DNA of 64,000 bases from contig NZ_JADWYI010000001.1 of the NCBI RefSeq assembly GCF_016904885.1, positions 7,433,224-7,497,223 of the forward strand, in the 5' to 3' direction. Both the position numbers and the translations under genes were made by a program. This DNA is from [Archangium] primigenium (lineage in GTDB: Bacteria > Myxococcota > Myxococcia > Myxococcales > Myxococcaceae). The stretch's first letter is position 1; the number at the start of each line of letters is the position of its first letter. Positions 9,102 through 18,540 of the stretch are shown piece after piece. Under the pieces are notes generated by a model. The model worked only from the letters and a program-made list of their open reading frames with translations. It made no database searches and had not been told where the DNA came from.

Positions 9102-11855
9102 GTGCATACCGTCCCGGGCGCTCCCATCCGCCTCTCCTTCCAGCGCAAGCTGTTGCTCGCCTTCGCCGCGGTGCTGCTGCCCGTGTTGGTGCTGCTGGGC
9201 GCGGACATCGTCTCGGACGACCGCGGCACCCAGGAGACCTACCTGGAGGCGCAGAGCCTGACGGCGCACGCCGTGGCCGTGCAGGTCTCCGAGTCCTTCG
9301 ACGCGGCGATCGACCTGGGCTGGGCCGTGGCCAACGATCCGCTCGTGCGCATGCTGGACGCCCGGCAGTTGGATGACCACCTGCGGCGGCTCACGCGGGG
9401 GCTGTCGCGCTTCAACTCGATCGGCGTCTACGACGCGCGCGGACTGAATCAGGGCTGGGGCGATCCGGATTCCCCCGCCGAGCCCCGGCTGCGCATCGCC
9501 GACCGGCCCTACTTCCAGCGGGTCATGGCCACCAACGCGCCGGTCATCTCCGAGGTCATCGAGCTGCGGCGCCCCCTGCGCACCGCGATGATCATCTCCG
9601 TGCCCATCCGCGATGCCCGGGAGCAGCCCATGGGCGTGGTCAACGTGGTGATGGGCACCGACCTGCTCACCCAACGCTCCCTGCCGGCCCGGACCCACAC
9701 CCGGCAGGAAATCCTCCTCGTGGATCCCCACGGGCGGCTCGCCTTCCACACGGGCTACCCGTCCCTGCCCTTCTCCCGAGGCGGCGCCTTCGCGACCTTC
9801 CCCGCCGTGACCGCGGCGCTGGGGGGCCTGCCCACCCAGGTGGACCGGGCGCACGATCCCCTGGCGCCAGACACCCAGTTGCTCGGCGCCTTCGTGCCCA
9901 CGCCGCGCTACCACTGGGCCGTGGGCGTGGTGGCCTCGCGCGAGTCCGCCCTGGCGCCGCTCGCGGCCCGGCTCAACACGAAGCTGGCCGCCTTCGGGGG
10001 CATCCTGTTGTTCAGCGGCCTGATGGCCGCGTCGCTCGCGCGGATCCAGGCGCGGCCCGTGCGGCAGCTCCAGGCGCTCGCCCAGGCGCTGGGCCGGGGG
10101 GAGATGGGACAGCGGGCGCGCATCCGCACCGGCGACGAGATGGAGCGACTGGGCGAGGCGTTGAACCAGATGGCCGCGCAGATCGCCCAGCGCCAGCGGG
10201 AGGTGGACGCCCTGCGCGCCGAGGCCGAGTGCCATGCCCGCCAGCTCGGCGCCATCATCGCGAGCGTGCCGGATGCCATCTTCCTGGCCAGCCCCGACGA
10301 GCGGCTGAGCGACGCCAACCCCGCGGGGCTGCGGCTGCTCGGGTTGCCGGAGCGCGCGCGGCCCGACCTGACCCTGGACGCGTTCATCCAGCGCTACGGC
10401 CTGCGCCACGCGGATGGCCGCCCCCTGGCCCGCGACGAGCTGCCCCTCTTGCGCGCCCTGCGGGGCGAGACCTTCACCGACGTGGAGATGCGGCTGCGAA
10501 CGCTCTCGGGCGAGGAGCTGCTGGTGAGCGTCAACGGCGCGCCGGTGAAGGACGCCGCCGGCCGCATCATCCTGGGAGAGACCGTCCTCCACGACATCAC
10601 CGAGCGCCACCGCACCGAGCGCGAGCGCATCCGGCTGCTCGAGCGCGAGCGCGCCTTCGCCCGCATGGGCCAGGCCCTCGTCCGGGAGGTGGAGTTGGAG
10701 CGCGTCGCCCAGGCGGCGAGCGAGCAGTGCCTCCTCGCCCTGGGCGCGGACGCCGTGGGCCTGTGGATGGTGGAGGGCGAGCGTCCGGGCCTCGCCTTGA
10801 AGGCCTCGCAGGGCTTCACCAAGGCCGCCCGGGAGAAGCTCCGGGAGCTCCCCCTCGAGACGTCCTCCCCCACCGCGCGCGCCATCCGGCAGGAGTCGCT
10901 CCAGGTCATCGAGGATCTCTGGTGCGAGCCGGAGCCGGCCGAGTGCCAGATCCTCGCGACGCGCGAGGGCTTCCGGGGGCTCGTGGCCATTCCGCTGCAC
11001 TCGCGCGGACGGATGGTGGGGGTGCTCACCAGCCTGACCCGCGCCACCGTCACGCACTCCCCGCGCGACCTGGAGTACCACATGACCGTGGGCCAGCTCG
11101 TCGCCGTGGCGCTGGAGAAGGCCCGGCTGTTCCAGGAGGTGCGCGAGGCGCTGCGGCTGCGCGAGGAGTTCCTCTCGGCGGCGGCCCACGAGCTCAAGAC
11201 GCCGGTGACGACGCTGCAGACCTGGGCGGACATCCTCACCTGGAAGGAGGAGGGCACCGAGCGCCAGCGCAAGGGCCTGGCGGCGATCGCCCGGGGGGCC
11301 CGACGCCTGGGCCGGCTGGTGGAGCACCTGTTCACGGCCACGCGGCTCGCGCCGGGCGTCGCGAAGCTGGACCGGGGGCCGGTGGACCTGCGGGCCCTCG
11401 TGTCCGAGCGGGTCAGCAGCCTCGCGCTCAGCACCGACCACCCCATCCACCTGTGCTCCAGCGAGGGCGTCCCCCTGGTGAACGCCGACCCCCAGCGGAT
11501 GCGCGAGGTGATGCTCCACCTGCTGGAGAACGCCATCCGCTACTCGCCCCCCGCGCACCCCATCGAAGTGCGGCTGGAATGCGCGGAGAGTGAAGCGGTG
11601 GTGTCCGTGCACGACCAGGGCCCGGGCATTCCCCCCGAGCGACAGCCCCACGTCTTCGAGCCGCTCTACGAGCCACTGCCCTCGGGCGCCACGGGGTACG
11701 TGGGCATGGTGGGCCTGGGCCTGCACCTGAGCTCGCGCATCATCGAGGCCCATGGCGGCCGCATCTGGCTGGAGAGCGCCCCCGGCCAGGGCACCACGTT
11801 CCACTTCAGCCTGCCCCTGCAGCGGATGGAAGGTTCCCGGCACGCCAACGCCTGA
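9102..11855 (+). CDS. Sensor histidine kinase (N-terminal TM + periplasmic sensor, HAMP, PAS, GAF, HisKA, HATPase_c)
   Basis: GTG start preceded by GAGAGGG. TM segment LLLAFAAVLLPVLVLL. HAMP-like QLQALAQALGRGEMGQRARI. H-box FLSAAAHELKTPVTT. ATPase G-boxes DQGPGIP and GLGLHLS. Confidence 0.85.
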   Translation: MHTVPGAPIRLSFQRKLLLAFAAVLLPVLVLLGADIVSDDRGTQETYLEAQSLTAHAVAVQVSESFDAAIDLGWAVANDPLVRMLDARQLDDHLRRLTRGLSRFNSIGVYDARGLNQGWGDPDSPAEPRLRIADRPYFQRVMATNAPVISEVIELRRPLRTAMIISVPIRDAREQPMGVVNVVMGTDLLTQRSLPARTHTRQEILLVDPHGRLAFHTGYPSLPFSRGGAFATFPAVTAALGGLPTQVDRAHDPLAPDTQLLGAFVPTPRYHWAVGVVASRESALAPLAARLNTKLAAFGGILLFSGLMAASLARIQARPVRQLQALAQALGRGEMGQRARIRTGDEMERLGEALNQMAAQIAQRQREVDALRAEAECHARQLGAIIASVPDAIFLASPDERLSDANPAGLRLLGLPERARPDLTLDAFIQRYGLRHADGRPLARDELPLLRALRGETFTDVEMRLRTLSGEELLVSVNGAPVKDAAGRIILGETVLHDITERHRTERERIRLLERERAFARMGQALVREVELERVAQAASEQCLLALGADAVGLWMVEGERPGLALKASQGFTKAAREKLRELPLETSSPTARAIRQESLQVIEDLWCEPEPAECQILATREGFRGLVAIPLHSRGRMVGVLTSLTRATVTHSPRDLEYHMTVGQLVAVALEKARLFQEVREALRLREEFLSAAAHELKTPVTTLQTWADILTWKEEGTERQRKGLAAIARGARRLGRLVEHLFTATRLAPGVAKLDRGPVDLRALVSERVSSLALSTDHPIHLCSSEGVPLVNADPQRMREVMLHLLENAIRYSPPAHPIEVRLECAESEAVVSVHDQGPGIPPERQPHVFEPLYEPLPSGATGYVGMVGLGLHLSSRIIEAHGGRIWLESAPGQGTTFHFSLPLQRMEGSRHANA

Positions 11856-11872
11856 GCTAGACATCCGACCCC

Positions 11873-12964
11873 ATGTCCAGCCGACCTCCGTCCCGCGGCT
11901 ACGCCTACTCGCTGCTCGCGACCCTGCTCGCCACCGTCATCCAATGGCCCACGGTGGCGTGGCTCCAGGACACCACCCGCTCCGCCCTGCCCTTGCTGGT
12001 CGCGGGGCTCCTCTCGGTGCCCTACCTCGTCCAGCTGAGAAACCCCTGGCACCCCGCCCGACCCCGCTTCGTGGCGCACCTGGCCCTGGGCTGGTGGGTG
12101 ACGTGCCTGGTGTTCGACCTGCTGCTCACCCCCGCGAGCCTCGCCGTGCGCGCGGGGCTGTCCCCGCAGGTCGTCTGGGGCGTCGTGGGCGTGTTCGCGC
12201 TGGCCTCGGGGGTGAAGTCCGTGTTGGGCGAGCCGCGGCTGCGGCGGCGCGAGGTGCGCGTGGAGGGCCTGCCCCCGGCGCTGGACGGCTACCGCATCGG
12301 GCAGATCTCCGACGTGCACTGCGGCCCCGAGGTCTCCGAGCAGCGGGTGGCGCGCTGGGTGGCGCGCCTCAACGCGCTCGAGGTGGACCTGATGACGGTG
12401 ACGGGAGACCTCATCACCCATGGCGCCTCTCACGTGGAGGCGGTGGCGCGCGCCCTGGGCGGCCTGCGCGCGAAGGATGGCGTCTTCGCCTGCATGGGCA
12501 ACCACGACTACTTCACCGAGCCCGAGCACCTGGTGCGCGAGCTGGAGCGCCACGGACTCCAGGTGCTGCGCAACCAGGGCGTGGTGGTGGAGCGCGGCGA
12601 TGCGCGGCTGTACGTGGCGGGCGTGGATGACACGTGGACGTCGCGCAACGATCTCACCCGGGCGCTCGCGCGGCGGCCAGAGGGCGTGCCCACGGTGCTG
12701 CTCGCCCATGACCCGGACCTCTTTCCCATGGCCCACGCCCGGGGCGTCGAGCTGACGCTGTCGGGACACACGCACGGGGGCCAGCTCGCCGTGCCCGGCG
12801 TGCGCCGCCTGTCCCTGGCGCGCATCCTGACGTCCTGGACCGCGGGCATGTACCGCCGCGAGCGCTCGTGGCTGTACGTGAACCTCGGCGCGGGGACGAC
12901 GGGGCCGCCGGTGCGCTGGGGCGCTCCCGCGGAGCTGGTGGTGCTCACGCTGCGCCGGGCCTGA
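11873..12964 (+). CDS. Membrane-anchored calcineurin-like metallophosphoesterase
   Basis: N-terminal TM helices, then MPP motifs DVHCG, GDLITHG, GNHDY, GHTHGG. Confidence 0.8.
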   Translation: MSSRPPSRGYAYSLLATLLATVIQWPTVAWLQDTTRSALPLLVAGLLSVPYLVQLRNPWHPARPRFVAHLALGWWVTCLVFDLLLTPASLAVRAGLSPQVVWGVVGVFALASGVKSVLGEPRLRRREVRVEGLPPALDGYRIGQISDVHCGPEVSEQRVARWVARLNALEVDLMTVTGDLITHGASHVEAVARALGGLRAKDGVFACMGNHDYFTEPEHLVRELERHGLQVLRNQGVVVERGDARLYVAGVDDTWTSRNDLTRALARRPEGVPTVLLAHDPDLFPMAHARGVELTLSGHTHGGQLAVPGVRRLSLARILTSWTAGMYRRERSWLYVNLGAGTTGPPVRWGAPAELVVLTLRRA

Positions 12965-13058
12965 CCGGATTGTCCTCCGGGACGCGGGGCGAGCTGTGCC
13001 AAGGTGGCCACGGCACCTGAGGGGAGCCGCGCACGTCGCGGCCCCGGGAGAACAGCAC

Positions 13059-13421
13059 ATGGCGGAGACGAAGAAGTACGCGGGCGGCTGTCACTGCGGC
13101 AGGTTCACGTTCGAGGTGAACACGGACCTGGACACGGCCATTTCCTGCAACTGTTCCATCTGCACCAAGCGCGGGCTGGTGCTCACCATGGTGGGTCCCG
13201 AGCAGTTCGCCCTCACGAAGGGCACGCTGGGCGAGATGACGAAGTACCAGTTCAACAAGAAGGTGGTGGACCACCTGTTCTGCCCGGACTGTGGCGTGGA
13301 GGCCTTCGGCACCGGCCAGGCGCCCAACGGGCAGACGATGTTCGCCATCAACGTGCGCTGCCTGGAGGGCGTGGACGTCACCACCCTCAAGCCCAGGCCC
13401 GTCGACGGACGCAAGTACTAG
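13059..13421 (+). CDS. GFA family protein (glutathione-dependent formaldehyde-activating enzyme / CENP-V-like Zn-binding fold)
   Basis: ATG at 13059 with GGGAGA upstream. Cys ligand pattern CHCG...CNCSIC...CPDCG. The track ORF begins at an upstream GTG. Confidence 0.75.
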   Translation: MAETKKYAGGCHCGRFTFEVNTDLDTAISCNCSICTKRGLVLTMVGPEQFALTKGTLGEMTKYQFNKKVVDHLFCPDCGVEAFGTGQAPNGQTMFAINVRCLEGVDVTTLKPRPVDGRKY

Positions 13422-13493
13422 CACCGCCCGGAACGGACGGCGGCGGGCGCCTGGCGCTCCGCCGCCCACCCTGTCCCGGAGGCACCCGCGGGA

Positions 13494-13937
13494 CTACTCG
13501 GCGACGGACACCTTCACCTCGATGTTGCCGCGCGTGGCGTTGGAGTACGGGCACACCTGGTGGGCCGCCTCCATCAGCTTCTGCGCCTCCTCGTGGGGGA
13601 TGCCGGGCAGGATGCCCTGGAGCTCCACCGCGAGGCCGAAGCCGCCATCGGGCGTCTTGCCAATGGTGACGGCGGCCTTCACGCCGGCCTTCTCGTCCAG
13701 CTTCTTGCCCATCTTGCCCGCCACGAGCCGCAGCGCGCTCTCGAAGCAGGAGGAGAAGCCCGCGGCGAAGAGCTGCTCGGGGTTGGTGGCCGTCGTCTTG
13801 CCGGAGCCGCCCAGCTGCTTGGGCATCGCCAGCTCCAGGTTGTCCAGCGGGCTGTTCTCGAGCGACAGCTTGCCGTTGCGGCCGCCGTGGGTGGTGGCGG
13901 TGGTGGTGTAGAGCGGGCTGATCGTGACCGGGGCCAT
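13494..13937 (-). CDS. ohr: Organic hydroperoxide resistance protein Ohr (OsmC/Ohr family peroxidase)
   Basis: 147 aa. Start MAPVTISPLYTTT with AAGGAG ribosome-binding site. Conserved Cys in AAGFSSCFE and HQVCPYS. Confidence 0.9.
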   Translation of the reverse strand: MAPVTISPLYTTTATTHGGRNGKLSLENSPLDNLELAMPKQLGGSGKTTATNPEQLFAAGFSSCFESALRLVAGKMGKKLDEKAGVKAAVTIGKTPDGGFGLAVELQGILPGIPHEEAQKLMEAAHQVCPYSNATRGNIEVKVSVAE

Positions 13938-13978
13938 GGTGTTGCTCCTTCGCGGTGAGTGCTTCGGGTGTATGAGAA

Positions 13979-14413
13979 CTACTCGGAAACCTTCGTGAAC
14001 AGCCGCTGGATGGCCTCGCGCAACTTCCCGAGTTCCTCCAGCGTCAGGCCGGTACGGCGCAAAATGGCCTCGGGGATGCACTCCGCCTTGCGGCGCATCG
14101 TCCGGCCGCGCGGCGTGAGCGACACGCGCACCGAGCGCGCGTCTTCGGTGGAGCGCTCGCGGCGCACCAGCCCCAGCGTCTCCAACCGCTTGAGCAGGGG
14201 CGTGAGCGTGCCCGAGTCCAGGTACAGCTTCTCCCCCAACCCCTTCACCGTCATCCCATCCGTCTCCCACAGCACCAGCATCACCAGGTACTGCGGGTAC
14301 GTCAGCCCCAGCTCCTCCAACAGCGGCGTGTAGGCCTGCACCATCGCCCGCGACGCGGCGTAGAGCGAAAAGCACAGCTGCAGGTCCAGGCGGAGGAAGT
14401 CGTCCGACGACAT
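13979..14413 (-). CDS. ohrR: MarR-family transcriptional regulator, OhrR-like
   Basis: 144 aa, winged-HTH MarR fold with N-terminal Cys (LQLCFSLY) typical of OhrR. Sits directly upstream of ohr on the same strand with a 41-bp gap. Confidence 0.85.
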   Translation of the reverse strand: MSSDDFLRLDLQLCFSLYAASRAMVQAYTPLLEELGLTYPQYLVMLVLWETDGMTVKGLGEKLYLDSGTLTPLLKRLETLGLVRRERSTEDARSVRVSLTPRGRTMRRKAECIPEAILRRTGLTLEELGKLREAIQRLFTKVSE

Positions 14414-14445
14414 GGAGGATGTGTACCGCCGATTTCGATTGGACG

Positions 14446-14456
14446 CAATTGAATTG
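14446..14456. promoter_or_regulatory. Candidate OhrR/MarR operator: perfect inverted repeat CAATTgAATTG in the AT-rich divergent promoter region
   Basis: caattgaattg at 14446-14456 inside the 14414-14551 intergenic region between ohrR (-) and the RibD_C gene (+). OhrR operators are AT-rich inverted repeats. Confidence 0.35.
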
Positions 14457-14551
14457 TGAGCAATCAATCCCGCCGTCGATCTGTCGCCAAGGTGGCAGCG
14501 TGGCGCCGGGGCACCCACGTGGCCCCCGCGCGCCCTGCTATCTCCAGGGGA

Positions 14552-15295
14552 ATGACCAAGCCCTCCCGCCGGACCGCGTCCCGCCCTCACGTCACCTGCC
14601 ACATGCTCGGCTCAGTGGACGGTCGGATCGTCCAGAAGATCTGGGCCTTGAAGGACTCGGCGCGCTACTTCGAGGAGACCGCCGAGAAGATCAAGGTCGA
14701 TGCCTGGGTCGTCGGTCGCACGACGATGCAGGAGTTCTCGAGCAAGCGGCAGCGCCCGCGCACCGGCACGTTCGAGGTGCCACCCGGTGATTTCGTGGCG
14801 AAGAAGTCGAAGACCTACGCCGTGGCGATCGACCCGAGCGGCAAGTGCCGCTGGGACAGCGACATGGTCTCCACCGAGCACGTCATCGAGGTGCTGACCG
14901 AGCAGGTCCCCGCGGAGTACCTCCACCACCTGCGCTCCAAGGGCGTCTCCTACATCTTCGGAGGCAAGACCGAGCTCGATCTCGCGCTGGTGCTGCGCAA
15001 GCTCGGGGAACTCTTCGGCATGCGCCGGGTGCGCCTGGATGGCGGTGGCCACATGAATGGCACCTTCCTGAAGGCGGGCCTCGTGGATGAATTGAGCCTC
15101 GTGCTCGCGCCGCTCGCCGACGGCACCATCGGGACCCCTTCGGTGTTCGACGTGGAGGAAGGCTACGGCCGCCGCAAGGCGACGCACTTCCACCTGCGCT
15201 CCGTGCGCCGGTTCGAGAAGGACTTCCTCTGGATGCGCTACGAGGTCACCTCGTCCCGGTCCTCGTCGGCCAGCGCGAAGACCCCCCGGAAGTAA
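14552..15295 (+). CDS. RibD C-terminal domain / dihydrofolate-reductase-like reductase family protein
   Basis: ATG at 14552 with AGGGGA upstream. Motifs HVTCHMLGSVDGRI, GGKTELDLALV, LDGGGHMNGTFLKAGLVDEL. Confidence 0.7.
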   Translation: MTKPSRRTASRPHVTCHMLGSVDGRIVQKIWALKDSARYFEETAEKIKVDAWVVGRTTMQEFSSKRQRPRTGTFEVPPGDFVAKKSKTYAVAIDPSGKCRWDSDMVSTEHVIEVLTEQVPAEYLHHLRSKGVSYIFGGKTELDLALVLRKLGELFGMRRVRLDGGGHMNGTFLKAGLVDELSLVLAPLADGTIGTPSVFDVEEGYGRRKATHFHLRSVRRFEKDFLWMRYEVTSSRSSSASAKTPRK

Positions 15296-15444
15296 CCCTC
15301 AGCGCTTGCCCGCGCCGCCCATCTGGAGCGGCCCTCCGCGCTGGACGGCGCGCTCGCCTCATCCAGACGGCCCAGGTAGATGCCGAGGAGGAAGAAGGCG
15401 ACATGACGCGGCTCCTGGCGGAAACGCGCGTCGAGGCGGCGATC

Positions 15445-17787
15445 CTACGAGCCTGGGGGCACCGGCGTCATCCGCGTGCCTTCGAGCGCCCGGGCGGCGT
15501 AGGGCTCGCGGGACTCCCCCTGGAGTTCCTTGAGCCGGTCCACCAGCCACTGCTCGGGCGAGCCGAACCCCTTGCGCTGGAGCTGGACCGGCGAGGACTT
15601 GAACTGGGGCTGCTGGCTCACGGGATCGCGCGTGAACCACGTGTGCTGGTTGGCTCCCTGGCGCCCATGGCCGTAGTGGAAGGGAATGAAGAGTTCCCCG
15701 GGCCGCACCGTGTCCACCACCAGCGCGGGGCCCTCCCACGCGCCCTGCACCGAGGTGACCTCCACGATGTCTCCCAGTTGGATGCCCAGCCGCGCGGCGT
15801 CCTCGGGGTGCACTTCCACGTAGGCATGTGGCGCGCGCCGGTCCAGGGCCGGGGCACGTGCCGTCTTGGTCCGGGTATGCCAGTGATAGACCACCCGTCC
15901 CGTGGTGAGCGTGAACGGGTAGTCCTTCGTGGTGGGGTTGGGCATGCGCCGCCAGCGCGCGGGCTTGAGGAAGGCCTTGCCCTTCGGATCGATGCGCGAA
16001 TACTCGTCCCGCGTGTGCTTGTTGCCGGTGAGGAAGTCCGCGCCGTACGACTCGCAGTCGTCGATGCCCGTCCAGAACTTCAAGTCCTCGTAGAGCCGCT
16101 CGGAGCCCTCCGGGTGCTCGGCGTTCACCGGCCAGCGCACCGCGCCCTTCTCCAGGATGAGCTCGTAGGTGAGGCCCGAGTAGTCACACGGTCGGCCCTT
16201 GGACACCCGGCGCCACTCCTCGAAGGCCTCGCGCGTGTCCCGAAAAGGCAGCAGGGGCGCGCCATCCTTGTCCTTGAAGCCGAGCCGCTGGCCCACCTCC
16301 ACGAAGAGGTCGAAGTCCGTGCGCGCCTGGCCAGGAGGCTCCACGGCCTTGAGCAACAGGTTCACGGTCCGGTCCGCGTTGGTGATGCAGCCCGTCTTCT
16401 CGCCCCACATCGCCACCGGGAAGTAGATGTCGGCGATGTTCACCGTCTCCGTGTCGATGAAGGGATCCTGCACCACCAGGAACGTGCGCTGGAGGATGCG
16501 CGTGGTGCGGTTCTGGTCCGGCATGCTCACGAGCGGGTTGGTGCCGATGACCCACATGAACTCGATCTCGCCCCGCTCCGCCACCTCCATCATGGTGGTG
16601 ATGTCCTTGGGGACCTCGGAGTGGAACCGCTCGAAGTCGAGGTTCCACAGGTCGCACAGCTCCTTCATGTGCTTGGAGTTGTGCGGGTTGCGGTAGGCGG
16701 GATAGGAGCCGTCCGCGCCCGCCTCCCGGTTGGACATGGCCGAGGGCTGTCCCGCCATCAGCAGCGGCCCCGCTCCCGGCTTGCCAATGGCCCCGAGCAG
16801 CAGGTGCACCGAGTTGACCAGGGAGGAGGCCGCCGTGGCCTCCACGCTCTGGTAGAAGCCTTGCAGCACGGTGGAGACCATCCTCGGCGTGGTGCCGATC
16901 CACGTCGCGGCGAGCTCCAGGTCCTCCCGCCGGATGCCGCACAGCTCCGCGACGTACTCCGGCGGGTAGTCCCGGACGGTCGTCTCCATGTCCTCGAAGC
17001 CCACCGTGTAGCGGTCCACGAACGTCCGATCGATATGGCCCTCGCGGATGAGCAGGTGGATGAGCCCGTTCATCAGCGCGACGTTCGTGCCCAGCTTGAT
17101 CTGCAGATGCAGGTCCGCGCCCTGCCGCACGGTGGGACTCTTGCGCGGATCGACGACGAGGATGCGGCCCTGGTTCTTCCGCCGGGCCGCGAGCATCCGC
17201 TCCCAGAGCACCGTCTGGGTCTCCGCCACGTTGTGCCCATACAGACAGAGCAGCTCGGCCTGATCGATGTCCACGTAGGAGGCGACCGGCCCATCCGCGC
17301 CGAAGTTCGCCATGAGGCCCGTCGCGGACGTCGCCGTGCACAGCCGCGTGTTGCCGTCGATGTTCGAGGACTGGAGGCCCCCTCGCCACAGCTTGCTCAG
17401 GGCGTAGTACTCCTCCAGCATGAGCTGGCCCGAGTTGTAGCAGGCGAGGTTCTCGTGCCCCTTGTCCCAGGCCTCCTGGAACTTCTGGATGAAGAAGTCC
17501 ATGGCCTCCTTCCAGGAGACGGGCTCGAGCGGCGCGCCCTTCTCCCGGCGGATGTGCGGCTGGGTCCCCCGGCGCGGATGGTTGTTGGCCATCCAGCCGT
17601 GCTCGCCCTTGGGGCCCAGGTGCCCGAAGTTCACCGGGTGGCGGGCGCTGCCGCGCACCCCGACGATCTTCTCGTCCTTCACCGCGATGTCCAGGCCACA
17701 GCCGTTCGAACACAGGAGGCAAGCGGAGTGAACCCACCGGTCGGGTTCGCCTTCAATGCCCAGGTTCTCGTCGACGCGCGGTTCCAT
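15445..17787 (-). CDS. Molybdopterin-dependent oxidoreductase (MopB superfamily, assimilatory nitrate reductase/formate dehydrogenase-like) with N-terminal 4Fe-4S motif
   Basis: N-terminal HSACLLCSNGCGL cluster motif. MopB/molybdopterin-binding C-terminal domain (TGRVVYHWHTRTKT). Start taken as ATG 17787 (MEPRVDENL). An upstream in-frame start at 17844 is possible. Confidence 0.8.
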   Translation of the reverse strand: MEPRVDENLGIEGEPDRWVHSACLLCSNGCGLDIAVKDEKIVGVRGSARHPVNFGHLGPKGEHGWMANNHPRRGTQPHIRREKGAPLEPVSWKEAMDFFIQKFQEAWDKGHENLACYNSGQLMLEEYYALSKLWRGGLQSSNIDGNTRLCTATSATGLMANFGADGPVASYVDIDQAELLCLYGHNVAETQTVLWERMLAARRKNQGRILVVDPRKSPTVRQGADLHLQIKLGTNVALMNGLIHLLIREGHIDRTFVDRYTVGFEDMETTVRDYPPEYVAELCGIRREDLELAATWIGTTPRMVSTVLQGFYQSVEATAASSLVNSVHLLLGAIGKPGAGPLLMAGQPSAMSNREAGADGSYPAYRNPHNSKHMKELCDLWNLDFERFHSEVPKDITTMMEVAERGEIEFMWVIGTNPLVSMPDQNRTTRILQRTFLVVQDPFIDTETVNIADIYFPVAMWGEKTGCITNADRTVNLLLKAVEPPGQARTDFDLFVEVGQRLGFKDKDGAPLLPFRDTREAFEEWRRVSKGRPCDYSGLTYELILEKGAVRWPVNAEHPEGSERLYEDLKFWTGIDDCESYGADFLTGNKHTRDEYSRIDPKGKAFLKPARWRRMPNPTTKDYPFTLTTGRVVYHWHTRTKTARAPALDRRAPHAYVEVHPEDAARLGIQLGDIVEVTSVQGAWEGPALVVDTVRPGELFIPFHYGHGRQGANQHTWFTRDPVSQQPQFKSSPVQLQRKGFGSPEQWLVDRLKELQGESREPYAARALEGTRMTPVPPGS

Positions 17788-17892
17788 CTCGCCCCCATGA
17801 AATCGTCTGGGGGCGTTCTTCCAGAACCCGCACGCGCCGGGCAATCGGACCGCGGGGTGAGCGACGGCTCACCGACACTCCACGGACGGATG

Positions 17893-18492
17893 TCAGGGGC
17901 TCCCGGACGTCGTGAAGAGCTCGAGGCCCCGCGCGAGCCGCGTCTTCACGGCCTCGGGAACGGCATAGGCCCGCGCGTCGAGGGCGCCGCGCGCGTACAG
18001 CTCCTTCGCGCCGTCCGGGCTCCCGGGGATGGGCGCGCCCAGGAGCACCGTCTGCGGCGGAGCGGCCTCCCGGAAGATCTCGATGAGCACCGAGGGTGAG
18101 CGCGCGTCCAACTGGGCCTCGGTCGGCGCGCCCTCGAGGACCCGCGTCGCGCGCAGCGCGCCGAGCCACGCGAGCAGGGCCTCGGTCTGGGCGGCATCGA
18201 GCACGAAGCCCTCGGGCGGTGGTCGCGGCTCGATCAACACCCACTGCTCACCCTCGCGGGCGACGTGGACCGTGGTCGTGTCCGTGCGCACCTTGAACCG
18301 GGTGACCTTGGACTGGACGAAGCGCACCAGGCGCAGCTCGTCGGCCGGAGCCGGAGCGGCGCTCGCCGGGGCTTCCACCGGGGCCACCGCGGGCATGGGC
18401 GCCTCCGCCGTCTCACTGCCCCCCCGGAGGGCCAGGAACGCCACGAGCAGCAGGGCGAGGACGCCCAGGACGACGATCATTCGCTTGTTCAT
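17893..18492 (-). CDS. Hypothetical membrane-anchored protein (single N-terminal TM, Ala/Pro-rich linker)
   Basis: MNKRMIVVLGVLALLLVAFLAL TM helix. GC3-consistent frame. Likely co-transcribed upstream of the Mo-oxidoreductase. Confidence 0.5.
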   Translation of the reverse strand: MNKRMIVVLGVLALLLVAFLALRGGSETAEAPMPAVAPVEAPASAAPAPADELRLVRFVQSKVTRFKVRTDTTTVHVAREGEQWVLIEPRPPPEGFVLDAAQTEALLAWLGALRATRVLEGAPTEAQLDARSPSVLIEIFREAAPPQTVLLGAPIPGSPDGAKELYARGALDARAYAVPEAVKTRLARGLELFTTSGSP

Positions 18493-18540
18493 CGCCGTCG
18501 AGCTTGCCCCGACGAGGGGTGCAATCCAACATCACTCTTC

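Noticed and set aside
15296-15444. Convergent intergenic region between the RibD_C gene and the Mo-oxidoreductase as a terminator
   Set aside because: No stable hairpin or U-tract found on either strand.
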